Below, piece by piece: positions 9,975-18,537 of a stretch of DNA of 64,000 nucleotides. The first letter of the stretch is position 1; each line of letters begins with the position of its first letter. Source of the DNA: Candidatus Parcubacteria bacterium (GTDB lineage: Bacteria; Patescibacteriota; Patescibacteriia; Patescibacteriales; BM507); NCBI GenBank assembly GCA_002869265.1, contig PKTH01000003.1:8190-72189 (forward strand). The letters run 5' to 3'. The position numbers and the translations under genes were made by a program. The notes below the pieces were generated by a model. That model had not been told where the DNA came from. It was given only the letters and a program-made list of their open reading frames with translations, and did no database searches.

Positions 9975-11678
9975 ATGCCAAAAAACACTATAAAAATAAA
10001 CAAAAAAGATTATAAGTTTGAAAAAGACGAAACTATTTTAAATGTTGCCAGACGCAACAATATTTCCATCCCTTCTCTTTGTGATCACGCTGATTTCTGT
10101 GCGAAAGAGAATTGCAGAGTTTGTGTAGTAGAAATAAAGGGGGAGCATGGTCTCTCAACTTCTTGCGGAACAAAAGCCAAAAGTGGAATGGAGGTTTTTA
10201 CGGACACTGATAGAGTTGAAAAATCAAGAGGCCTAAATCTAGAAATGATTTTTGCTGAGCATATTGAAAAATGCGCTACCTGTATCTGGAGATTTGAATG
10301 TAAACTTTTAAAATATGCCCGTGAATACAACTTACTTATAAACACATTCCCAGACAGAAAAGGTAAAAGACCTGTATACAAGTTTAAAAACGCTGTTGAG
10401 CTTGATTCTAGTCAGTGTATTGATTGTCGTAACTGTATAGATGCTTGCTCTATCCTGCAAGGAATCGATTATCTTGAGATAAAAGGAAAAGGGCACAATC
10501 AAGAAGTTGCTCCTACTTCCGATAGACGAAAACACTGTATTCTTTGTGGGCAATGTGCCCTACATTGCCCAGTCTCAGCTGCTCAGGAACAAGCTAATTG
10601 GCAAGATGTGGAAAAAGAGATCTTAAATGACAAAAAAACTGTTGTTGTCCAGTTTGCGCCTTCTATCAGGGTAAGTATTGGAGAGGATTTCGGTATGGAT
10701 TACGGAGAAATAGTTACTGAGAAATTAGTTTCTAGCTTACGGGCACTTGGATTTGATTTTGTTTTTGATGTTTCGTATTTTGCGGACATAACTACAATAG
10801 TTGAAGCTGAAGAGCTTCTCGAACGCATAACTAAAAAAGGGACCCTCCCTATGATGACTTCCTGTTGTCCAGGGTGGGTTAACTACGTTGAACACTACAA
10901 CCCGGAACTAATTCCAAATTTAACAACTGCCAGATCCCCACAAATTCATGGTGGAGGAGTAATAAAAACATACTGGGCAAATAAGATGGGAATCGACCCA
11001 AAAGACATCGTAGTAGTTTCAATAATGCCCTGTACAGCAAAAAAATACGAAGCCTCTCGTGAGGAGATGACTATTAACAATCAATTGCCGGTTGATTATG
11101 TTTTGACAACAAGAGAGCTCTCCTTTATGATTAAGAAAAGCAAAATAGACTTTGTTAATATTAAAGAAACTAAAGCAGATAATCCACTTGGGGAATATAC
11201 TGGGGCTGGAGTTATTTTTGGAGGTTCTGGCGGAGTAATGGAGTCTGCTCTTAGAACAGCTCAGTACATATTAGAAGGCGATAATGCTAAACTTAGTAAA
11301 AAAAGAATTGATTTTCACGATGTTAGAGGTCTAGAGGATATAAAAGAAGCAGAAATTGATATAGCCGGTAATAAAGTAAGGGTAGGAATTGTTAACGGAA
11401 TAAAGCACATCAAAGAGATTATCCCGAGATTGAAAGACTTTGATTATATAGAAATAATGACATGCCCTGGAGGTTGCATTGGTGGCGGAGGTCAACCTAT
11501 CCCAACAAGCAGAGCAATTGTTAAAGAGAGAATAGCTGCCTTATATAGAGATGACAAAAACAAAAAAGTCAGAGTTTCTGCTGAGAATGAAAGTGCTAAA
11601 GAAATTCTAGACTGGCTAAAAGAAAACAACCTAGAACATAAAACATTACATACTAGGTATTTTAAAAATTTAGACTAA
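9975..11678 (+). CDS. hydA: [FeFe]-hydrogenase catalytic subunit, group A, with N-terminal 2Fe-2S, His-ligated 4Fe-4S and 2x4Fe-4S domains
   Basis: H-cluster motifs TSCCPGW, MPCTAKKYE, EIMTCPGGCIGGGGQP; CRVCVVE, HIEKCATC...C, CIDCRNCIDAC, CILCGQCALHCP. Confidence 0.95.
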   Translation: MPKNTIKINKKDYKFEKDETILNVARRNNISIPSLCDHADFCAKENCRVCVVEIKGEHGLSTSCGTKAKSGMEVFTDTDRVEKSRGLNLEMIFAEHIEKCATCIWRFECKLLKYAREYNLLINTFPDRKGKRPVYKFKNAVELDSSQCIDCRNCIDACSILQGIDYLEIKGKGHNQEVAPTSDRRKHCILCGQCALHCPVSAAQEQANWQDVEKEILNDKKTVVVQFAPSIRVSIGEDFGMDYGEIVTEKLVSSLRALGFDFVFDVSYFADITTIVEAEELLERITKKGTLPMMTSCCPGWVNYVEHYNPELIPNLTTARSPQIHGGGVIKTYWANKMGIDPKDIVVVSIMPCTAKKYEASREEMTINNQLPVDYVLTTRELSFMIKKSKIDFVNIKETKADNPLGEYTGAGVIFGGSGGVMESALRTAQYILEGDNAKLSKKRIDFHDVRGLEDIKEAEIDIAGNKVRVGIVNGIKHIKEIIPRLKDFDYIEIMTCPGGCIGGGGQPIPTSRAIVKERIAALYRDDKNKKVRVSAENESAKEILDWLKENNLEHKTLHTRYFKNLD

Positions 11679-11682
11679 AATT

Positions 11683-11946
11683 ATGGACAAAGTTCACTTA
11701 GCAACAATTACAATCCTTATAAAGGATAGACAAAGTCATGCCAAGGATGTGAACCAATTACTCACAGATAATGGTCATCTAATTATGGCTCGACTAGGAG
11801 TGAATGTTCAAAAAAGTTGTGTTGAACATTGCACAGGCTTAATAACCATAGCTGTTGAAGCTACTGCCACTGAAATCTCTAGGCTAACAAAAGAGCTAGA
11901 TGATTTGTATGGTATTGTAGCAAAATCTTCAGTAGTAACTGATTAA
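11683..11946 (+). CDS. TM1266-family ACT/NikR-C-like putative iron-only hydrogenase system regulator
   Basis: 87 aa; ITILIKDR...VNQLL...IMARLGVN...GLITIAVEA pattern; directly after hydA. Confidence 0.75.
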   Translation: MDKVHLATITILIKDRQSHAKDVNQLLTDNGHLIMARLGVNVQKSCVEHCTGLITIAVEATATEISRLTKELDDLYGIVAKSSVVTD

Positions 11947-11947
11947 T

Positions 11948-12478
11948 ATGCAATATTTAAAAGAAAAAACATTTTCAAGAGTTAACTCTATCGCCGCTTC
12001 AAAATTTCTAGCCATTGGAGGACTAGCAACTCTAATTCCATTTTTTATCCACATACAGTGGTTAACCGGTCCAGTAATTAATGCTCTTTTGATTCTTGCT
12101 TTATTTGTTATTGGTCTCAGGGCGGCGGTTTTTATAGCTCTTATCCCAAGTGTGGTGGCCTTGTCAGCTGGGCTCTTGCCAGCCCTTCTTGCACCGATGG
12201 TTCCATTTATCATGCTAAGCAATATACTTTTTGTTCTGAGCATTGATTTTCTTCACGATAAATTTGCAAATAAAGAGTTAGGCTATTGGGCCTCTATCCT
12301 TATTTCAGCTTTTCTTAAGTTTGCTCTTCTATTTTTTAGCGTTAGTGTTATCTCAAAACTGCTTATTAAAAGTGAACTTGCCGTAAAAGTTGCTCAAATT
12401 CTATCTTGGCCTCAATTCTACACAGCAGTTTTAGGTGGAATAATTGCTTACGTTATACTAAAATTTTTAAAGAAGTAA
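11948..12478 (+). CDS. ECF transporter S-component-like membrane protein
   Basis: 176 aa, about 6 TM; QWLTGPVINALL, PFIMLSN, SWPQFYTAVLGG motifs. Confidence 0.65.
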   Translation: MQYLKEKTFSRVNSIAASKFLAIGGLATLIPFFIHIQWLTGPVINALLILALFVIGLRAAVFIALIPSVVALSAGLLPALLAPMVPFIMLSNILFVLSIDFLHDKFANKELGYWASILISAFLKFALLFFSVSVISKLLIKSELAVKVAQILSWPQFYTAVLGGIIAYVILKFLKK

Positions 12479-12502
12479 TTTAATATTTTTCTAACTTTCT
12501 CG

Positions 12503-12511
12503 TGCTATAAA
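12503..12511 (+). promoter_or_regulatory. Extended -10 promoter for the candidate ncRNA
   Basis: TGcTATAAA about 10 nt before the structured region. Confidence 0.5.
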
Positions 12512-12521
12512 TGTAGTATGT

Positions 12522-12688
12522 AAAAGGCACTAAGCAGTTTCAACTACTTGTTGTTAAACCACAGGAAATTATTTAATTGTTATTTGTGTTAATTATTATT
12601 CGCCTAATTGACACAATTCTATAATTATTTAGCACCACGGTGTGTTTTCTGGGCAGCTAGTAAAGGGATACTGAATAATGCCTTTTTT
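12522..12688 (+). ncRNA. ssrS: Candidate 6S RNA (rod-shaped hairpin with central bubble)
   Basis: Nested pairing by eye: AAAAGGCA/UGCCUUUU, CAGU/ACUG, UACU/AGUA, GUUGUU/GGCAGC, central unpaired bubble, apical UUGUGUUAAUUA/UAAUUGACACAA; about 167 nt; G-U pairs favour + strand. Confidence 0.6.
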
Positions 12689-12774
12689 CAATTGTAAAAA
12701 TTGACTAATATTTAAATATTTTTTAAGATAAAGAGAGCTAATAGATTTAGCTCTTTTATGTTATAATTTATATT

Positions 12775-14268
12775 ATGAATATTCCGGAATACATAAAACA
12801 CACTCTTCTAGAGCTCGAAAAAAACAATTTCGAGTCTTTTATCGTTGGAGGTTGCGTTAGAGATATTCTGCGAGAAAAAACCCCTAATGACTGGGATATT
12901 ACAACTATTGCTAGGCCTGAAGATATTTTAAAAATATTTCCGGACGGAAAGTACGAGAACTCTTTTGGCACTGTGATTCTTCCAATAAGAGATGAGAACG
13001 AGGAGCTTGTTGATGTTGTTGAAATAACAACTTACCGCTCAGAGTCTGGTTATTCCAATAACAGACACCCCGACGAAGTCTTGTTTGAGGATAAACTTGA
13101 AAAAGATCTAGCTAGGCGAGATTTTACTGTAAATGCCATGGCTATGAAAACAATCGACTCTAAATTAAAAATAGATTCTGACCTCGAAAAACACTCTTTT
13201 ATAAATGATAATTTTATAATTGTTGATCTCTATGGTGGACAAAAAGATTTGAAAAGTAAGGTATTAAGAGCAGTTGGTGAGCCAGAGAATAGATTTAAAG
13301 AAGACGCCCTAAGAATGATGAGGGGAATTAGACTCTCTTCTCAATTGTCTTTCACTATAGAACCAAAAACAGAAAGGGCAATCAATAAGCTTTCAGGAAA
13401 TATTAAATTTATCTCTAAAGAAAGAATAAGAGATGAGCTTATTAGGATCCTATCATCTGAAAACCCTTACGGTGGGATAGTTAGTTTACATGAATTAGGT
13501 TTACTTCAATATATAATCCCTGAAATAGAGCAGGGGATTGGTGTTGAACAAAACCATCACCACACCTTCACTGTTTTTAAACACTCATTGATGTCTCTCA
13601 AAAGATGTCCCAGTAAAGATTGGCGAGTTCGTTTTGCAGCATTAACTCATGATATTGCAAAACCAAAAACAAAAAAGATTATCGATGGAGGGGCAACTTT
13701 TTACAATCATGAAATTATCGGAGCTAAAATGATTCGAAAAATAATGACTAGAATGAAATTCTCAAATGTTGATACAGATAAGGTGGTTAATCTTATATCA
13801 AATCACATGTTCTATTACAATGTTGACGAGGTAACAGCCACCTCAGTTAGAAGACTTCTTAGAAAGGCTGGTCCTGAAAACATGAAAGACCTCATGGATC
13901 TTCGTATTGCAGATAGACTAGGTTCTAATGTACCGAAGGGGAAGCCATATAAACTACGTCACCTAGAATATATGATCGAGAAAGTTAAGAATGATCCTAT
14001 TTCAGTAAAAATGTTAAAAATAAACGGCAATGATCTTATGGAAAAGTTTGGTATGAAACCTGGTCCAAAAATTGGCACTATTTTAGATGTTTTACTCTCT
14101 GAAGCGATTGAGGACCCAAGTATAAATAATCAAGAGTATTTAGAAAAAAGGGTGGCCGAACTAAATAAACTTGACTTAACTGAACTCAGAAAAAAAGCCA
14201 AGGAAAAAATTGAAGAAAAGAGAGAAGCGGATGATACTACGATGAAAAAAGATTTTTGGGTAAAATAA
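12775..14268 (+). CDS. cca: CCA tRNA nucleotidyltransferase with HD domain
   Basis: VGGCVRD, DWDITT, RRDFTVNA, EDALRMMR, HDIAKP. Confidence 0.93.
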   Translation: MNIPEYIKHTLLELEKNNFESFIVGGCVRDILREKTPNDWDITTIARPEDILKIFPDGKYENSFGTVILPIRDENEELVDVVEITTYRSESGYSNNRHPDEVLFEDKLEKDLARRDFTVNAMAMKTIDSKLKIDSDLEKHSFINDNFIIVDLYGGQKDLKSKVLRAVGEPENRFKEDALRMMRGIRLSSQLSFTIEPKTERAINKLSGNIKFISKERIRDELIRILSSENPYGGIVSLHELGLLQYIIPEIEQGIGVEQNHHHTFTVFKHSLMSLKRCPSKDWRVRFAALTHDIAKPKTKKIIDGGATFYNHEIIGAKMIRKIMTRMKFSNVDTDKVVNLISNHMFYYNVDEVTATSVRRLLRKAGPENMKDLMDLRIADRLGSNVPKGKPYKLRHLEYMIEKVKNDPISVKMLKINGNDLMEKFGMKPGPKIGTILDVLLSEAIEDPSINNQEYLEKRVAELNKLDLTELRKKAKEKIEEKREADDTTMKKDFWVK

Positions 14269-14290
14269 GAGCCCTGTGTATACACAAGGC

Positions 14291-14677
14291 TCAAGTGATG
14301 GTCTCCAGCAAACTGATCCCAAGTTCGATCACACCCCTTTTTTCTTTTAAGGGCTTTTCAAGAAGGTAGGATCTAATATAATTTGCTTCCAGTTTAAAAT
14401 CTGGGTCTTTAATCTTTAAAACCCAGGAAAGCCTCCACCCTCCATCTACTTTTACAAGAGATGAATTTTCAAAATTCAAGTAGCCTACAATTTGCTCACT
14501 ATTCTTGTTTTTTATACCAATTGAATTGATATAAGTAAGCATAATCTCCTGTTGTAAATCAATGATTCTTTCTTTCGTTTGAGGGTGAACATATATATAG
14601 CCAAGTTCAGCCAACACAACTTCGAGATCCATTAAATAACCAAGTTTTGCTGATTTTAATATACTTACTTTGACCAC
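14291..14677 (-). CDS. Hypothetical protein (ORFan)
   Basis: 128 aa ORF filling a gap; GTG start preceded by AAGGAGG. Confidence 0.65.
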   Translation of the reverse strand: MVKVSILKSAKLGYLMDLEVVLAELGYIYVHPQTKERIIDLQQEIMLTYINSIGIKNKNSEQIVGYLNFENSSLVKVDGGWRLSWVLKIKDPDFKLEANYIRSYLLEKPLKEKRGVIELGISLLETIT

Positions 14678-14744
14678 AATAATTCCTCCTTTCCATATGT
14701 ATTTTTTAGAGAGCGATTTATAACTCTAACACATTATAACAATT

Positions 14745-15344
14745 ATGTCAATAGAAAGCAAATATAGTTATAAAAAAATAAAAGAAAAAGTCTTTAAATT
14801 AGCTAAAAATGCTTGTTTTAACCCAGCAAATGAGTACACGGATACAGCCTGGGAACACCATGTTATTCCAGTAACAAATTTTGCACTAAAATTAGGTAAA
14901 AAGCTAGGTGGAGACTTGGAAGTTTTGGAACTTGCGGCATTACTTCATGACTACTCGGCAATGCTTGATATAAAAAATGCCAAGGATCACCATATTCATA
15001 GTGCTAGAATGGCCACTGATATATTGAACTCTGAAGGATATGACAAAAAGAAGATTAAAAAGGTAGAGAAGGCCATTTTGTCACACAGGGGAAGTGTGAA
15101 TGTCTTAAAAGATGACTTAGAATCAAAGATATTAGCATCAGCTGACGCAATGTCACATATTTCAGAGCTAGCAGATATGTTTTACTTAACCTACGGAGTC
15201 CACAAGCACAAGACAGAGGAAGGTGCCGAATGGCTTTTAGCAAAACTTGAAAGAAGTTGGTCAAAAATAATGCCTGAAGGAAAAGATGAAATTATCGAAG
15301 ACTATAAAATTGCTAAAAAAATACTCGAAAAAGCAATTGTCTGA
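14745..15344 (+). CDS. HD-domain metal-dependent phosphohydrolase
   Basis: HH...V, LAALLHD, HH..S, ILSHR, SADAMSH. Confidence 0.85.
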   Translation: MSIESKYSYKKIKEKVFKLAKNACFNPANEYTDTAWEHHVIPVTNFALKLGKKLGGDLEVLELAALLHDYSAMLDIKNAKDHHIHSARMATDILNSEGYDKKKIKKVEKAILSHRGSVNVLKDDLESKILASADAMSHISELADMFYLTYGVHKHKTEEGAEWLLAKLERSWSKIMPEGKDEIIEDYKIAKKILEKAIV

Positions 15345-15390
15345 TTAAATATTTTATTGTATTATAAGTCTAGTAAGTAACAAAAAATTT

Positions 15391-16071
15391 ATGAAAAATA
15401 TACCACTAATATTAATTCTACTTTTCACTTTAAGTGCCTGTGCGACTACAAACCTAACAACTGAAAAAAATGCCCCAGAAAATCTAAATAACTATAACGA
15501 CTCGGAACTTGTACAAAAAATTGGACAGCTCAGTAGGAATAGCAGTTCAGAAAACACAACAAATTCTGACAGCTTGAGCAATTCATTCAATGGAGCGATT
15601 TTAAAAACAAATTTAGGAGATATTAAGGTTAAATTTTTCTCTGAAGAATCACCAAATACTGTAAACAATTTTCTGCAACTTGCAAAAAGCGGTTTTTATG
15701 ATAAAACAAAATTTCATAGAGTAATTTCTGGCTTCATGATTCAAGGTGGGGATCCCAACTCCAAGGATGATAATTGGGCAGACGATGGCACTGGTGGCCC
15801 AGGATATAAATTTGCTGACGAATTTAACTCAAAAAAACTAGTTGCGGGTAATCTGGCGATGGCCAACTCAGGACCAAACACAAACGGTTCTCAGTTCTTT
15901 ATTGTAACAGCCCAAGCAACGCCTTGGCTTGATGGTAGACACACAAACTTTGGCGAAGTAGTTGAGGGAATGCCAGTAGTAAAAATGATAGAAGCTGTAA
16001 AAACAAACGAACGTGATCATCCCATGGATGATGTAATTATAAATTCTATTGAGCTTATAAATATAAAATAA
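15391..16071 (+). CDS. Cyclophilin-type peptidyl-prolyl isomerase lipoprotein
   Basis: Lipobox LSAC; FHRVISGFMIQGGDP, AMANSGPNTNGSQFFI, WLDGRHTNFG. Confidence 0.95.
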   Translation: MKNIPLILILLFTLSACATTNLTTEKNAPENLNNYNDSELVQKIGQLSRNSSSENTTNSDSLSNSFNGAILKTNLGDIKVKFFSEESPNTVNNFLQLAKSGFYDKTKFHRVISGFMIQGGDPNSKDDNWADDGTGGPGYKFADEFNSKKLVAGNLAMANSGPNTNGSQFFIVTAQATPWLDGRHTNFGEVVEGMPVVKMIEAVKTNERDHPMDDVIINSIELINIK

Positions 16072-16412
16072 TGTTAATGAAAATTATTATTACAGTATTT
16101 TCTGTAATAATCACAGCCTATTTTATCCCTGGAGTGCTTATATCTGGACCTTGGGCCGCCCTCTGGACTGCTTTAATACTTGGCATAGTTAATGTTTTCT
16201 TGAGACCGCTTTTTATTCTTTTTACACTTCCGTTAAACATTTTAACACTGGGGCTTTTTACATTTGTTATAAATGCTGTAATGATTATGTTGGTTGCTTC
16301 TATTGTCGAGGGTTTTTCAGTTAGTGGTTTTCTGCCAGCGCTTTTCTTTAGTATAGCCCTTTCTCTACTGACAGCTATTCTTAATAAATTTATTGCTGAT
16401 AAAGCTATCTAA
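16071..16412 (+). CDS. 4-TM YvlD/phage-holin-4 family membrane protein
   Basis: LGIVNVFLRP...TLPLNILTLGLFTFVINA signature. Confidence 0.85.
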   Translation: MLMKIIITVFSVIITAYFIPGVLISGPWAALWTALILGIVNVFLRPLFILFTLPLNILTLGLFTFVINAVMIMLVASIVEGFSVSGFLPALFFSIALSLLTAILNKFIADKAI

Positions 16413-16421
16413 ACTGCCAAA

Positions 16422-17618
16422 ATGAATATTAAGAAATTACGAAAAGATTTTTACTTTTTACAGAAGAAAAATTATATATATTTTGATAATGCCTGTAACT
16501 CACTTAGGCCTGATTGCGTTGTAGAAAAAATAAATGAGTATTACAAAGAGTACCCAGTCTGTGCCGGTAGAAGCAATTACGCTTTAGCTGAAAAATTAAC
16601 CACTGATCTTTTGGGCGTGAGAAAAAACATTGCTAAATTTATTTCCGCAAAAGAAGATGAGATTATTTTCACTAAAAACACCACAGAATCAATTAATCTC
16701 CTGGCAAATTCCCTAGATCTTAAAGAAGGGGACATTGTCCTAACAACCGACAAAGAACACAACTCCAATCTTATCCCATGGATAAAGCTAAAAAGCAAGG
16801 GGGTTATTCACAAAACAATTAACTCAAACCCAGATAACACCTTTAATATTGAAAGACTATCCAAAGTTTTATGCCCAGAGGTAAAATTATTAGCTCTCGG
16901 AATGTCTTCTAATCTAGACGGGGTTAGTATCCCGGCTAAAGAGATTATTGATCTTGCACACAAAAACGGTTCTCTAGTCCTTCTGGATGCAGCTCAAAGT
17001 GCGATCTCTGAAAAAATTGATGTAAAATATTTAGATGTAGACTTTCTTGCATTTTCAGGGCACAAAATACTTGGTCCAAGTGGAACAGGGGTGTTATTTG
17101 GTAAAAAGGATCTTCTTGAAAAACTTGGTTCATTTTTAGTTGGTGGCTCTACTGTTCACAGCTCTAGTTATGATGATTTTGAATTAGCTGACATACCAGA
17201 AAGGTTCGAAGCTGGTCTTCAAAACTTTTCAGGGATTCTTGGCTTAGGAGAAGCTATAAAATATTTAGAAAAAATTGGTTTAAAAAATATTCAAAAACAA
17301 AAACTAGTTTTGAATGAATATTTAAGTAATGAGTTATTAAAAATAGACAAACTACACATTATTGGTCCCGAAGAAGCATCGAGGCGTTCAGGGATAGTTT
17401 CTTTCTATATTGACGATATAGATTCTCATCAGCTATCTATTATGTTAGACAGAAGTGCTGGAATAATGACCAGGTCTGGTCAACACTGCGTGCATTCTTG
17501 GTTTAAAAGCAGAGAAGTGGCGTCATCACTGCGTGTTTCAATGTCATTCTACAACACACTTGATGAAGTAAAAAAGTTTGTTGATGAATTAAATAATATA
17601 ATTAAAATTTTAAGATAA
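16422..17618 (+). CDS. SufS/Csd-type cysteine desulfurase (class V aminotransferase)
   Basis: YFDNA, EHNSN, DAAQ, SGHK (PLP lysine), RSGQHC catalytic Cys. Confidence 0.92.
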   Translation: MNIKKLRKDFYFLQKKNYIYFDNACNSLRPDCVVEKINEYYKEYPVCAGRSNYALAEKLTTDLLGVRKNIAKFISAKEDEIIFTKNTTESINLLANSLDLKEGDIVLTTDKEHNSNLIPWIKLKSKGVIHKTINSNPDNTFNIERLSKVLCPEVKLLALGMSSNLDGVSIPAKEIIDLAHKNGSLVLLDAAQSAISEKIDVKYLDVDFLAFSGHKILGPSGTGVLFGKKDLLEKLGSFLVGGSTVHSSSYDDFELADIPERFEAGLQNFSGILGLGEAIKYLEKIGLKNIQKQKLVLNEYLSNELLKIDKLHIIGPEEASRRSGIVSFYIDDIDSHQLSIMLDRSAGIMTRSGQHCVHSWFKSREVASSLRVSMSFYNTLDEVKKFVDELNNIIKILR

Positions 17619-17619
17619 T

Positions 17620-18537
17620 ATGTTCTGTTTTATTGCGTTATTGGTTTTTTCAGTGCTCGGAATATTTTCGGCCACCCATAGGAAATTTGCCAAAGAGGCT
17701 TTTGACTGTGTGTTTAGAAGAATTACTTTTAGACCATGCAATACTGGTTTTAGAGAAAAAGTTAGAGGAATTATTCTTGTTAAATTAATGAAGCGTTCAT
17801 CATTTTTTGCTAAAGTATTTAATAAATATTTTGAACTAATAGCCTGGATCTTTTTTGTTTTGATGATTGTCAGCACCTTCTATGTCGGCAGGGGAGCCTA
17901 TAATTTTTATCTCTATGGAAATTGCAATGGGGTAAATGAAGAAGGTTTCTGTCTTTTTGACCCGACGGGAGAGAATAATAAAATCTCTCCAGTGGCCCCT
18001 ACTTGTGGTCTAGACACACCGACCGTTGATGACCTAAGTTTGGCTAATACAGATTTAGATAAATTTTTCTTTATAGATAACAATTCTGAAGATACAGTTG
18101 TGTTTATTGGTTGTTATGTATGTGACTTTACTAGAAAAGCTTTCCCTGATATAGAAAAGCTTCTTGAAAAGAAAAAACCAAACTTTTATTTTGGCCACCT
18201 CCCGGTTAAGCATGGCTCAGATTTTATTTCTAGCTATGATTACTGTGCTCGAGAAGATACTAGTGGTGATTACTGGAAATTTGTCGAGCTAATGTTTACC
18301 TCAGATATAGAAAATATTAACGACCAAAACTATCTTCAAGAAGTTGTCGATAAAGCAGGTTATGATAAATCAAAAATAGATGAGTGCTTGGCAGACCCAG
18401 AGACATTAGCCTCAATAGAACAGAATATATTCAACATCGGAAATACAAATATTTATGGAACCCCACTTGTTTTTGTAAACAATAAAGCAATTGTCGGACC
18501 AAAGCCATATCGAGTTTATAAAGGATTTTTAAAATAA
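17620..18537 (+). CDS. Membrane-anchored DsbA/thioredoxin-fold protein
   Basis: N-terminal TM segments; CYVC redox-like motif; IYGTPLVFVN cis-Pro loop. Confidence 0.7.
   Translation: MFCFIALLVFSVLGIFSATHRKFAKEAFDCVFRRITFRPCNTGFREKVRGIILVKLMKRSSFFAKVFNKYFELIAWIFFVLMIVSTFYVGRGAYNFYLYGNCNGVNEEGFCLFDPTGENNKISPVAPTCGLDTPTVDDLSLANTDLDKFFFIDNNSEDTVVFIGCYVCDFTRKAFPDIEKLLEKKKPNFYFGHLPVKHGSDFISSYDYCAREDTSGDYWKFVELMFTSDIENINDQNYLQEVVDKAGYDKSKIDECLADPETLASIEQNIFNIGNTNIYGTPLVFVNNKAIVGPKPYRVYKGFLK

Noticed and set aside
16071..16412. Phage-holin-family gene as evidence of a prophage
   Set aside because: Common chromosomal YvlD-type family; no phage genes nearby.
16422..18537. Cysteine desulfurase + DsbA-like pair as a dedicated hydrogenase Fe-S assembly unit
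   Set aside because: No scaffold (SufB/D/U, IscU) genes adjacent and no link other than proximity.
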